Assembly: GCA_023334545.1 (NCBI GenBank)
Contig: JAADVB010000007.1
Coordinates: 62,001-126,000, forward strand
Origin: Salisapilia sapeloensis CBS 127946
Taxonomy: Eukaryota > Protista > Oomycota
Direction: 5' to 3'
Length of the DNA: 64,000 nt
Shown here: positions 54,927-64,000 of the stretch, piece after piece
Layout of the letters: every line of letters starts with the position of its first letter
Numbering within the stretch: the stretch's first letter is position 1
Notes under the pieces: model-generated
What the model was told of the DNA's origin: nothing
The model's database searches: none
Seen by the model: the letters and a program-made list of their open reading frames with translations, nothing else
Position numbers and translations under genes: made by a program

Positions 54927-56258
54927 ATGCTTTCACCACTCCCACCATCGCCGTACGTCCGTCGGCAAGCATCGTTCAGTCAATCGTCTGAAGATCGCAA
55001 CACGCGTCATGCACAGGAAGAAGAGAAAGAGGAGAGGAAAGCTAGTTTCTTGTTCGCACTCACTGGCATCGGGTACCTGTTCCCGTTCTCAGCATTGACA
55101 CAACCGGTGGACTACTGGCAAATACTCTTCCCGGACTTTAACATTGAGTTTCAACTCACGTCCACGTTTATGTATACCAATATTGTCTTCCTCGGACTCA
55201 TTGTCCTCTTCCTCGGCTCGCCGTGGTACACTGGCCGCATTGTCGGAGGCTTCACTGGTCAGCTACTCGTCCTCGCTTTCATTCCTACTTCCTACTTTTT
55301 CCTCTCGTCTGAGACTGCGAATACCATTGCAGTACTTGGAGGGACAGCAGCAGCCTCCATCGCCACTGCCTTCATCGACAGTGCCACCATTACGCTCGTC
55401 TCGCACTATCCGTTGCGAGTACAGGAAAGCTTTCAACTCGGTGTTGGCATCAGCACGCTTATCGGTAGCATCTACCGAGACTTGACGAAAGTCGTTTTTC
55501 CTGATGACATGGTCGTCACTTCGACACTGATCTACTTTTACACTGGTGCCTTCACCATCGCATTGTGCATCGCAGCTTACTACAACATCCTTGGTCTCAA
55601 GATCACCAAAAAGTATTTAAATGTAAAACCGCATACGAATGGAGTAGAAATGACAGAAACGTCTTCACTACTGCCACAGGACACACGCGAACTACAGGAC
55701 GAAGCTAGCTCGCCGCAGAGTGAAACATCCGTTGGTAACAAAGCACCGACCAAAAGGTCTGTCTTGCACAAAGTGCTTTCACTACAGCTACTTATCGCAC
55801 TCAACTTTACTACGTCCTTGTGTCTCTGGCCACCGCTTCTGACCGAAATCCGAACCTCTTCCTTTCCTTATCTCCAGCAGTCAGGCTGGTGGTCGCTTAT
55901 ACTGTTGACAGTCTTCTCCTTGTGGGACTGTATCGGTCGCTTTATGGTTCGCATGCGATGTGGACTCACTGCGACGAATATCTGGATACCGATCGTACTA
56001 CGCATTGCCTTCGTTCCGATATTTATCGGTATGGTGCGAGGTGTCTGGTTCACGCATGACGCATGGGCACTCCTCTTCACGTCTATCTTGGGACACACGA
56101 ACGGGTACCTAGGCACGTTGGCAATCATCTTTGTAAATGAAAGCGTGCATGAGGAAGAGCAGAAGATCGCTGGACCGTTCACAAGTTTCTTCCTGAACTT
56201 GGGTCTTGTGCTTGGTTCAAGTGTCGGTTTGGTGCTACAGAAAGTAGTTGTCGGATAG
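54927..56258 (+). CDS. Equilibrative nucleoside transporter (SLC29 family)
   Basis: GIGYLFPFSAL..DYW, about 11 TM helices, FSLWDCIGR, GHTNGYLGTLAII. Confidence 0.9.
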   Translation: MLSPLPPSPYVRRQASFSQSSEDRNTRHAQEEEKEERKASFLFALTGIGYLFPFSALTQPVDYWQILFPDFNIEFQLTSTFMYTNIVFLGLIVLFLGSPWYTGRIVGGFTGQLLVLAFIPTSYFFLSSETANTIAVLGGTAAASIATAFIDSATITLVSHYPLRVQESFQLGVGISTLIGSIYRDLTKVVFPDDMVVTSTLIYFYTGAFTIALCIAAYYNILGLKITKKYLNVKPHTNGVEMTETSSLLPQDTRELQDEASSPQSETSVGNKAPTKRSVLHKVLSLQLLIALNFTTSLCLWPPLLTEIRTSSFPYLQQSGWWSLILLTVFSLWDCIGRFMVRMRCGLTATNIWIPIVLRIAFVPIFIGMVRGVWFTHDAWALLFTSILGHTNGYLGTLAIIFVNESVHEEEQKIAGPFTSFFLNLGLVLGSSVGLVLQKVVVG

Positions 56259-56332
56259 ATGAGGAGGTGCGTATAGAGGGACAATAACTATGCAATAGAC
56301 TGTTCATGCAACGTAGAAAGATGTGCTTTTGC

Positions 56333-57217
56333 TTATTTGCCAACTTTGTACAGACCGAGTTCAATCTGCTGTTCGATGCGTTCTACTTTCTCATTCAAAG
56401 CCTTTAGCTCCACAACAATGCTACTAGCGTCTTCCGAGTTCATGCTGCTCGTCAATGGCTTTGATGTGATCGTATGAGGCGTCGATTGGATCTTCAATGA
56501 TCGTTTCGATAGGCTCGTACTTCCATGAACAAGACGATCTCGACGATCCATGATTTCATCACGCACAAAGTCCGCATCCTTTGGTGCTATCAGCGAGCAT
56601 TCCGGTCTTCCATTACTATTACCAGCAGTTTGAATGTCGAGTGACTTTACATTAAAGCAGCTCTGAATGCAGCCTTGATTGATGGCAACGTCTTGAATCT
56701 TGTCGAGAGGAATATTTTTGGATGTATGCACCAACCCATTCGTCTCGAGCTCCACTTGGCGATCGGTAATCTTGCATTTCTGACCTTTTATTACTCTCCT
56801 CTGGATGCAAGGGACGAACGGAAGACAAATGATGCCGTATACTGTCAGGATACTAAGCATAAACCCAGTACATAAGAGGTATCGATACCCATTCTTATGA
56901 TCGAATTCTACTTCATGATCAACTAGCACTTCCGCTGTAAATTCATCTTCTACTCTCTTCTCTTGCATATCGTCTTTCGATGTAGGATGGACGCTCGTTG
57001 TGCTTTGGTCCCAGTGGGAATACCCCATGCGTTTTGCAAGCTTGTTGTACGAGTGAAACACCTTTTGCAAAGTTCTCTCCGTTTCATGCTTGTCAATTTT
57101 ATACATCAAGTACATGTTATAAAAGTAGAAGAAGGCATTTTTAAACATAGGTAGAGCTAGAAGATTGTACTCCTTATATAAATCGGTAGAGATGGGCGCT
57201 TGAAGTCTAAGGCGCAT
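56333..57217 (-). CDS. Membrane protein with bacterial-type PH domain (bPH_2/YdbS-like)
   Basis: One TM segment, then CKITDRQVELETNGLVHTSKNIPLDKIQDVAINQGCIQSCFNVKSLDIQTAG, then a coiled-coil tail. Confidence 0.7.
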   Translation of the reverse strand: MRLRLQAPISTDLYKEYNLLALPMFKNAFFYFYNMYLMYKIDKHETERTLQKVFHSYNKLAKRMGYSHWDQSTTSVHPTSKDDMQEKRVEDEFTAEVLVDHEVEFDHKNGYRYLLCTGFMLSILTVYGIICLPFVPCIQRRVIKGQKCKITDRQVELETNGLVHTSKNIPLDKIQDVAINQGCIQSCFNVKSLDIQTAGNSNGRPECSLIAPKDADFVRDEIMDRRDRLVHGSTSLSKRSLKIQSTPHTITSKPLTSSMNSEDASSIVVELKALNEKVERIEQQIELGLYKVGK

Positions 57218-58189
57218 CACCGAGGCAATTGAGAAAGGCCGCTAAGAAATATGTTGAAGTTATTTTTGAAGTGTGGTTGAAGACAAGATCCATATGAAGA
57301 GCTTACTTTTTTATTCAATTTTTATCTTTAGGAGAGCAAAATTTGAGACTCTAGAAGGAAATTTGGCTATGAAAATGCTGATCCGAATGGTCTGCTGGTC
57401 TGTGCGTCGATGTACTTCTCGACCAATGTGCGGGAGCATCCCCTGATCGGGAAAACGGCTATACATGACTATGCACAACCGATGTTTCATTTCGCTCTCC
57501 CACTATCTGTGATCATTTCTTTAGCCTGCACGATCATATTGTACGAGTTTCTCAACTAGGCGCTTTGCACGCGGTGGTGTCGACACTAGCGCACGAATAT
57601 GCACTCCATTACCACTTATGGTCCATGCAACCATGGGCGGAAGACAACGCGACGCAGCCATCAGCCCGAAAAGATCTTACGACAAACGTCGAAGAGGCGT
57701 ATGTCAGGATCTTTCGAATTTCCGCTAGCCCAGTGGGAGGTAAAGGGAGAGCAATTGAGCATGAAATCAGCTACTTGAACAGAGATTCCAACGCGCTTTC
57801 ATTCGCATCAAAGTGATTGGATTAGTGGCGGCATTAGCAAATCCGCGCGTGACGTAAACTGGTCGAGCATGCCACTACAGGTATAAAAGATACACATGAC
57901 CAAGATGCGCCATTTCGCGCGAGCAAGATCCCGATGATGAAAATTGCCTCTTCTCGCCTACATGTCTAACAAACACAAACTATGTTCCTTCCGCCGGGAT
58001 CGTCGCATCGCCGACAGAGGTTCAAGTCGCAACCGGCGCCTTCCGCTGAAGAAGGCTTGCATACAAAATTTAAAAGAGACGCCGGACGTCACTGCTGGCT
58101 TTTTCATGCCTCTTCTGCCGTCTTTCGTGTCGACGATCTACCTTTTTGAGACAAGCACGCTGGTCCGAAAATAAATGGCGCTCAAAGAC

Positions 58190-58206
58190 CTCATTCGCCA
58201 ATCTGC
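58190..58206 (+). promoter_or_regulatory. INR+FPR-like core promoter upstream of the PX-domain gene
   Basis: CTCATTCgccAATCTGC about 80-100 nt before ATG 58288. Confidence 0.4.
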
Positions 58207-58287
58207 TTCGTACTGCACAAGCGACCTTTACGTTCGTTCCCTTCGGGCCCTTCACCATAGCGGAACGACATCCATCTACTTGTAACC

Positions 58288-59013
58288 ATGACCAGCCTCG
58301 CATCCCCTGCGCCCACCGCACCGTCCGAACTCGAGCTAGGAGGTCGAGTCGACCCACGCATCCTCAAAAAGCTTACCGCATCCGTATCTGCCACGGCGGG
58401 ATCTTCAAATCAGCAATCTTTTATTGTATCCGTTGACGCTGTCGTACCAGGTCAGCGTGCGTTCCAGGATCGACATTTGTCCTGTCAACTCGTAACGCGC
58501 TCGTTCGACGACTTTTGTAAATTCCGCAAGTCGCTCCTGTCACGCGTTCGCAGTCGAAGCGGCCTCTCTTCCAATATCCTTCCACCTTCATTACGACGCT
58601 CCACGTCCTTGCGCGCTAACGTGACTACATCGAGTGCGACTGGCAAGTGCCGATGTCAAGACGGCAAGTCATGTCCGTTCGAATCTACGCGCGACGTTCT
58701 CTCTACGCTCCGATTTACCCGGATGCCGCTGTTTCCCACCGCAAGTACGAATGAAGTGATTCGGAATAAGCGGCAAGTGGAGATGCAGAGTTTCCTGCAG
58801 GTCGTGTTTGGACTACTTCGTCGCATGCCGCCGAGTGAATGGCAACCTGGGTGCTTATTTTTGGACGACTTAATGGCATTCCTCGGTGTCGAAGAGTCTT
58901 CGGTCTTTGAAGACGTTGAGCGCTATATGGAGCCCAAGCACCGTCGCATGTCACTCGATGGCTGGCGTTCGTTCACGCGCGACAACTTTGGAAGTGGCTT
59001 GTCGGCCATTTAA
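58288..59013 (+). CDS. PX-domain-like protein (oomycete type)
   Basis: LVTRSFDDFCKFRKSLL, C-x-C...CPF, FPTA..IRNKRQVEMQSFLQ..LMAFLGV. Confidence 0.65.
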   Translation: MTSLASPAPTAPSELELGGRVDPRILKKLTASVSATAGSSNQQSFIVSVDAVVPGQRAFQDRHLSCQLVTRSFDDFCKFRKSLLSRVRSRSGLSSNILPPSLRRSTSLRANVTTSSATGKCRCQDGKSCPFESTRDVLSTLRFTRMPLFPTASTNEVIRNKRQVEMQSFLQVVFGLLRRMPPSEWQPGCLFLDDLMAFLGVEESSVFEDVERYMEPKHRRMSLDGWRSFTRDNFGSGLSAI

Positions 59014-59496
59014 TCCAGCTAAAGGAGGCTGGGAAGACATAGTTGGACGTCATGCAGACTTGTGAAGGGACAATAAGTCTGTCAGGCGATCCACCGTCCA
59101 TTTTAGTACTCGAGGAAGAAGACTTATTATAAAAAATGCGTTGAGCGACGATGCTTAACGCGATTCGCAGCTACTGCCATGAAACCTATAAATCTTCGTA
59201 TGAAGATCTGGCGGAAGTAGTTGCTTGTATTTATTCCCCTCAAACGCTCACGAAGCTAGGAAGTGAGTGACGCATAACGAATGAAAGTATGCTTACATCT
59301 TTATTCGGTTTTCTTGTTCGCATCTAAAACTGCGTGTCATTAGTCATGAAGATAATATCGTGACTAGCGCATAAAGTAATCCTCCTACATATTTATACAC
59401 TTCAACTGGGAGCACGACATCGGATCTCAACAAAAAATACGGAAAGTAACAACAAAAAGTAGTAAAATGTATGGTGCTTGTGTACTGGAATAAAAC

Positions 59497-59502
59497 AAAA
59501 AA
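59497..59502 (-). terminator. Pol III T6 terminator of tRNA-Ala
   Basis: TTTTTT immediately after the tRNA 3' end on the minus strand. Confidence 0.7.
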
Positions 59503-59574
59503 TGGACAAGCCGGGGATTGAACCCGGGGCCTTCCGCTTGCAAAGCGGACGCGCTACCACTGCGCTACATGCCC
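59503..59574 (-). tRNA. tRNA-Ala (anticodon TGC), intronless
   Basis: Reverse complement GGGCATGTAGCGCAGTGGTAGCGCGTCCGCTT-TGC-AAGCGGAAGGCCCCGGGTTCAATCCCCGGCTTGTCCA. Has the G3:U70 Ala identity pair and one U6:U67 mismatch in the acceptor stem. Confidence 0.93.
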
Positions 59575-59896
59575 TTGATGGAAGCATGGAGATACAAAAT
59601 GTTTAAATAATATTAAATAGAAATATACGTTTCTGCGACGTCAATTATCATAGCTTTCCAGGAAATAGAGAGTAATTGCGCAAGTGCATGTCTAGTATAA
59701 ATGTGTAGATGCATTCTTGTGACATGAAGAGCTCTTCCTTCCGCCCAACTGGCGGGAAGCCGGGATAGATCGCTCGTGTGCATGGAAGCGTGCTTCGTTT
59801 CTGGTTATGGTACATCAGCAATGAAGTACGACTGCGAAGAGGTGCAGGTGACCCTTCAATCTTTTAGACACCAAGATCAATTTAGTTAGTATCATC

Positions 59897-60680
59897 ATGA
59901 GTCCTGTGAGGAAAAGTAAAAGCGACGGACTGACATCAATCCATGAAGGCAGCTTTGACACGAGTGCTCTGCAGCATGAATTGGAGGAAGCACTAGAAGC
60001 CGATCGGTTGTACAAACTCACAGACAGTACCAAGAAGCGAGCAATTCATACCGCTTCTAACTATGAAGAGTTTCGAGTACGCTATTTAACTACTTTCCAA
60101 TCGATTTATCCTATTCATATACGAAATTTAGAACTTGGTTACTTGTGCCGACTTGAAACCTGTCTCCCAGAAAGAGCTCCAGACACTTGGTCGAACCGAT
60201 AGACGATTTAATACATCGTGCAAGCATCGGAACAACCAAAGACAGTTTGAAAGTAATAAAATTTCAGCAGACAAGAACATTCATAAATCTGCAAAGGAAT
60301 TGCAGAAACCAAAATCCAATGTCGAATTTCGTCGGATGTGGAAACGAACGCTGCCTACCTCGGATGACAAATACCTGTATCTTCGAATGACGACACCAGA
60401 TTGTCTAAAAACGATCTTTACGTTCGATCTAGATGCGGATCTCCTAGCTGAGATAGCGCAGGTACTTCTAGCTAATGCCGACGGATCGGAGGAAAAAGAG
60501 TCGTTTGCTCTTGATTGTCTAGAAGCTCTCTCGTCAACCCAACGCTTTCAACTGACACTTGATTTCCTTACTAACAATCAAGTGGAAAGCATTCGGAAGC
60601 TACTTTTTCAAATGACCAAAGACCACGATGGTATCGCTAGGATTGAAAAGCTATATCGTATCGAAAGACAGGAAGAATGA
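59897..60680 (+). CDS. CCDC103: Dynein axonemal assembly factor CCDC103 (DNAAF19), 2 exons
   Basis: FDTSALQHELEEALEADRLYKLTDSTKKRAIHTASNYEEFR / NLVTCADLKPV, plus an RPAP3_C-like domain (NVEFRRMWKR..LSSTQRFQLTLDFL). Confidence 0.85.
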
Positions 60681-60753
60681 CAAATCAATCTATACATTTC
60701 ATTCTCTTTCGAGTTATTGCACGAGTTAAAAGTTGATAATATACACGGTTGCA

Positions 60754-61954
60754 TCAACTTTCATTCGTCGATTGGAAGAAAAAGTAGTCGACGGAAGATT
60801 TAGCAAAGAAGAGACCGAGCGTTAGTAGGAAGCAGCCCATGCATCGCATGATCAGCTGCATCGTTTCGTTCTTCAGTTTCTATACCCACAAGATTAAGTC
60901 AGTCCGTACAAGACCCTCGACTTGTGTATACGTACGCTTTTGTATTTTCGAAGAAGAGAGAGGAGAACGTAGAACCAGGTAGATATACCACAAGCTACAC
61001 CCAATCCAAACACAAACGCGAGAGTTACTGTAAACTCCAATAGTCCTGTACCATACACTACGACCATGGTTAGCTACCACTCAAAGACAGTGCTATAATA
61101 GGACCTACCTGACGCGATGGCGCCAGTGTATGTAGCTAGAAGAGCAGGATTGACGCCAGATAATGTGACACCGAGTAAAATGTCTTTGATAATCACTTCC
61201 CTCTCTCTCACCTTTGAGTGAAGGTGGGAGCTGGAATGGACTTTCGACGAACTAGGCTGTGTCACATCCGATCGAAGGAAGACGAGACCGACTATCGTCA
61301 GCATCACTGCACCGAGCACTCTATCCATTCATAAAATAATGCACTTATCTATCGTATAAAGTAGACTTATAGTTACTTGGAGACGGGTAATAGGAACTTG
61401 GCACCAGCGAGAAAGCTTCCAAAGCCCCAGAAGGCTATACCAGCATACGTCTATCATGATGCAATGAGATCGATCGCGTCGTATATAAAAAGTATCCAGC
61501 ATACAGCTTCAGAGAGGGCACCACCAACTGCGACAGTGAACCCAGCTTCGTAATTGCCTTGAATGCCCAGCTTTAGAACCATCGCGGAAGTGGGTCCAGT
61601 AACAGGGACGGAGCCAAGAAATCCAAAGATGTATCCAGCGAAAAGAGGAAGGATGGAGCGTAGACCGAAAGCTGTTGATTCGACAGACCCATGCTCAAGC
61701 TCCTCTAGCTCATTAGTAGCAATCGTTGGTGCCTGTCGATGGGCTTCACTAATAATAGGCTCCTGTCGAAGTCGAGGTGCTGGTGAGTTTTCGACTTTCA
61801 TGCCATCGTCCGACAGCTCACCATCAGGCAGCGTCGTGAGGATGCTAAAGTAGATCAGGAATAGAAATAAAATGGATGCAATCAAGGCTGGCTTCTTCAT
61901 ACGCATGTACGGTCGCGACACAGAGAGCACGGCATACCGAGCTCGTGACAGCAT
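60754..61954 (-). CDS. LysE-family translocator-like membrane protein, multi-exon
   Basis: GYIFGFLGSVPVTGPTSAMVLKLGIQG..GFTVAVGGALSEA / YAGIAFWG..LLGVTLSGVNPALL..GVACGISTWFYVL..IMRCMGCFLLTLG. Start 61954 or 61906. Confidence 0.75.
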
Positions 61955-62112
61955 CTTGACCGACGTTGAGAAGAGCTACTGACGTACTCGTCCAATTGTG
62001 CTCCAAACTGAATTTCGTTCTTGTTGTTGATTGGTGGATCTAAGCGATCACGAAGAGGCGTTCGAGAAATGGCTTCATTCCGGACAAGAACAGCCATCGC
62101 CCGATCGATGCA

Positions 62113-64000
62113 ATGGCGACTCGAAGGGACAGTATGCGAGCGTCATCGGAAAGTAGTGGCCCTCGCTACAACCTGACACTGGAGCGTGTGTTGGGCGTGA
62201 CGGTCGATGGTAATACCATGATGGCAGTCAATCCGGTAGACGGAGACGTCGCGTATGCTGCTGGATGCATTGTCGTAATTTACAAGATAAGACGACATAA
62301 GCAAGTGAGATATTATCGAGTAGAGAAACCAGTGAGCTGCTTGTGTTTCTCGCCCGACGGTCGTTATCTTGCTATTGGAGAGAAGGGATATCAGCCGTCG
62401 ATAACGATTTGGGATTGCAAAGATGGATCCCTGACATATGAGCTCCAAAGACACCAATACAGTATTGCTTGCTTGGCTTTTACGACTGATGGAAGCTTTC
62501 TACTTTCATGTGGTCAGGAAGAAGACCAACGCTTGTATGCGTGGGATATGTTAGATCCATCGAAAGAAGATCGTGTCATTGGTATCGCTAAAGTAGAGGA
62601 GAAAGTATATGCTATCACGTACTCCCAAGCAGATCAATACTTTGTGTCTGTTGGTGAAAGACACGTCAAGGTTTGTGTCCTTTACCACTTCAGACGTACT
62701 CATCTTGCTTATATCGTCTATGACCTAGTTTTGGTACCTCGATGGCTACGGGCAGTTTATTTTTACCGGATACGAGGTCGACGGACTTCCAGAGCTGCAT
62801 CGCCAGGATGCTGTACTGAATACGAAGGCCAATACCATCTTTGTAGACATCTGTAGCGGACATGGATGCTGTCAGCACAAGACATACGCAATAGCGACGG
62901 ATGGAACGGTGTGCTGCTTTAACGGTTCAGCCATCCTAGAAACTACCGTTTCTCTTGAAACACAGGTCGGGAATGCACTGCATGTGACGGAAGCGTATGT
63001 TGCTGTCGGTGGATCGAATGGAACTGTCCGACTATTTAGTCCTACTGATTTAGAGTATATCGCTACGTTACCATTCCCGCCGGCATTAGGAATGGCGAAT
63101 GCACCACTTCCGTTTCATGACTCGGAAGCAGTTTCTCCAGTATATTCGACACATCGCTACCCTGCTGTCGTTGCTGTGAGGCTAACAGGATCCTCTGCGA
63201 TCGTACTTTACAGTGACCACAGCTTGTTTATATACGACATCGATGATATTGCTGAGTCTTCCATCCATCGAGCGTTCTTATACCACAGTGGTCCTGTGAA
63301 AGATCTGCATGTCGTTGGTAAAGCTATCGGACGTACCAAAAGAGATCGTGTCATCCAAGCAAATGAAGAAAAGCGACTGCTTCAGGCAATACCGACAGGA
63401 TCGTTCGTGACTTGCAGCGTTGACAACACCGTCCGAGTGTGGAATTTAGAAGTGCATAAGCAAACGGGTAGACATACAGACAGAGGTAATCAAAGCAAGT
63501 ATGAAAGCATGTGGACGAATCAGTATAGCAAAGAGATGCTTCGACTTGTGTATTATGACAGTGACGACGCTTTCGAGGATAGTGGTGCTTTCATTTTAGG
63601 AGGCACAGCTCCATCCACTTCCGTTCGAGATGTACGGAACGACGCTTTGAAGCACAATAACTATGCAAGTACACTCCAAACGCTTGCTATTCATCCGAAT
63701 GGCACAAGTCTTGTGGCTGGTGCATCGGATGGAAATATAATGGCTGCTTCGTTTGATCCTGATCACGAGGAGGAGAAAGAAGTCGTTGGGGTCCATATGT
63801 CAGAGCTTACCAAAGTGATGTTTAGACAGAATGGCACTGGCGATTCCTATCAAGTCGTGACTGGAGGAAAGGATAGACTGGTAAAGGTTTATGAAGAAGG
63901 GAAATGGGAAAAAGCTGTTAGTCAGGCTCAACCCCATGCGCGAAGTATAAAGACGCTATGGGCTGCAGCAAATTGTAAAGTTGTAGTGAGTGGTGCATCC
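62113..64000 (+). CDS. WD40-repeat protein, WDR62/MAPKBP1-like; runs off the 3' end of the window
   Basis: LTLERVLGVT..VAYAAGCIVVIY..CLCFSPDGRYLAIGEKG..SVGERHVK, with later WD repeats (SFVTCSVDNTVRVW, VVTGGKDRLVKV). Confidence 0.8.

Noticed and set aside
59167-59224. Hairpin as TPP riboswitch, SECIS element or U5 snRNA
   Set aside because: Lacks the CUGAGA/TPP core, lacks SECIS helix II pairing (and the upstream gene has no in-frame TGA), and lacks U5 loop I GCCUUUUAC.
59738-59761. Small GC-rich hairpin CTTCCGCC-CAACT-GGCGGGAAG
   Set aside because: Short, bulged and unsupported by any other signal; likely chance.
1-64000. Transposons, CRISPR arrays, rRNA, CRN/NLP/elicitin effectors
   Set aside because: No transposase, RT or integrase motifs, terminal repeats, spacer arrays, rRNA sequence or LFLAK/NLP/elicitin signatures were seen.

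Overview
Gene-dense window from a eukaryotic genome, most likely a zoospore-forming oomycete. Support: short GT-AG introns, INR+FPR-like core promoters, an M96-like family gene, and several axonemal/ciliary gene families. It holds about 40 protein-coding genes, many split by introns that the ORF track fragments, and two tRNA genes (Arg-ACG, Ala-TGC). I found no recognisable transposon, rRNA or CRISPR. Most genes are housekeeping (UTP15, eIF3k, SFT2, AKR/Kv-beta, REX-type exonuclease, Ap4A phosphorylase, SEN2, ADP/ATP carrier, TRAPPC4, cyclin L, aminopeptidase P, ENT, CCDC103, WDR62/MAPKBP1-like). The best candidates for undescribed biology are: (1) an intronless ~1420-aa secreted protein whose architecture suggests a multi-domain alpha-pore-forming toxin, with a repeated/palindromic motif module upstream; (2) a predicted mitochondrial membrane-anchored, NBD-only degenerate mtHsp70/DnaK paralogue; (3) a CE2-like SGNH protein with Ala at the nucleophile position, no signal peptide and a CaaX box; (4) a pseudo-receiver + TPR + 2x cNMP-binding protein; (5) three non-CCG 8-Cys tetraspanin-like paralogues; (6) an RS-domain Tubby; (7) an AT-rich island of orphan secreted ORFs. 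All family assignments come from recognising motifs by eye; no database searches were run.
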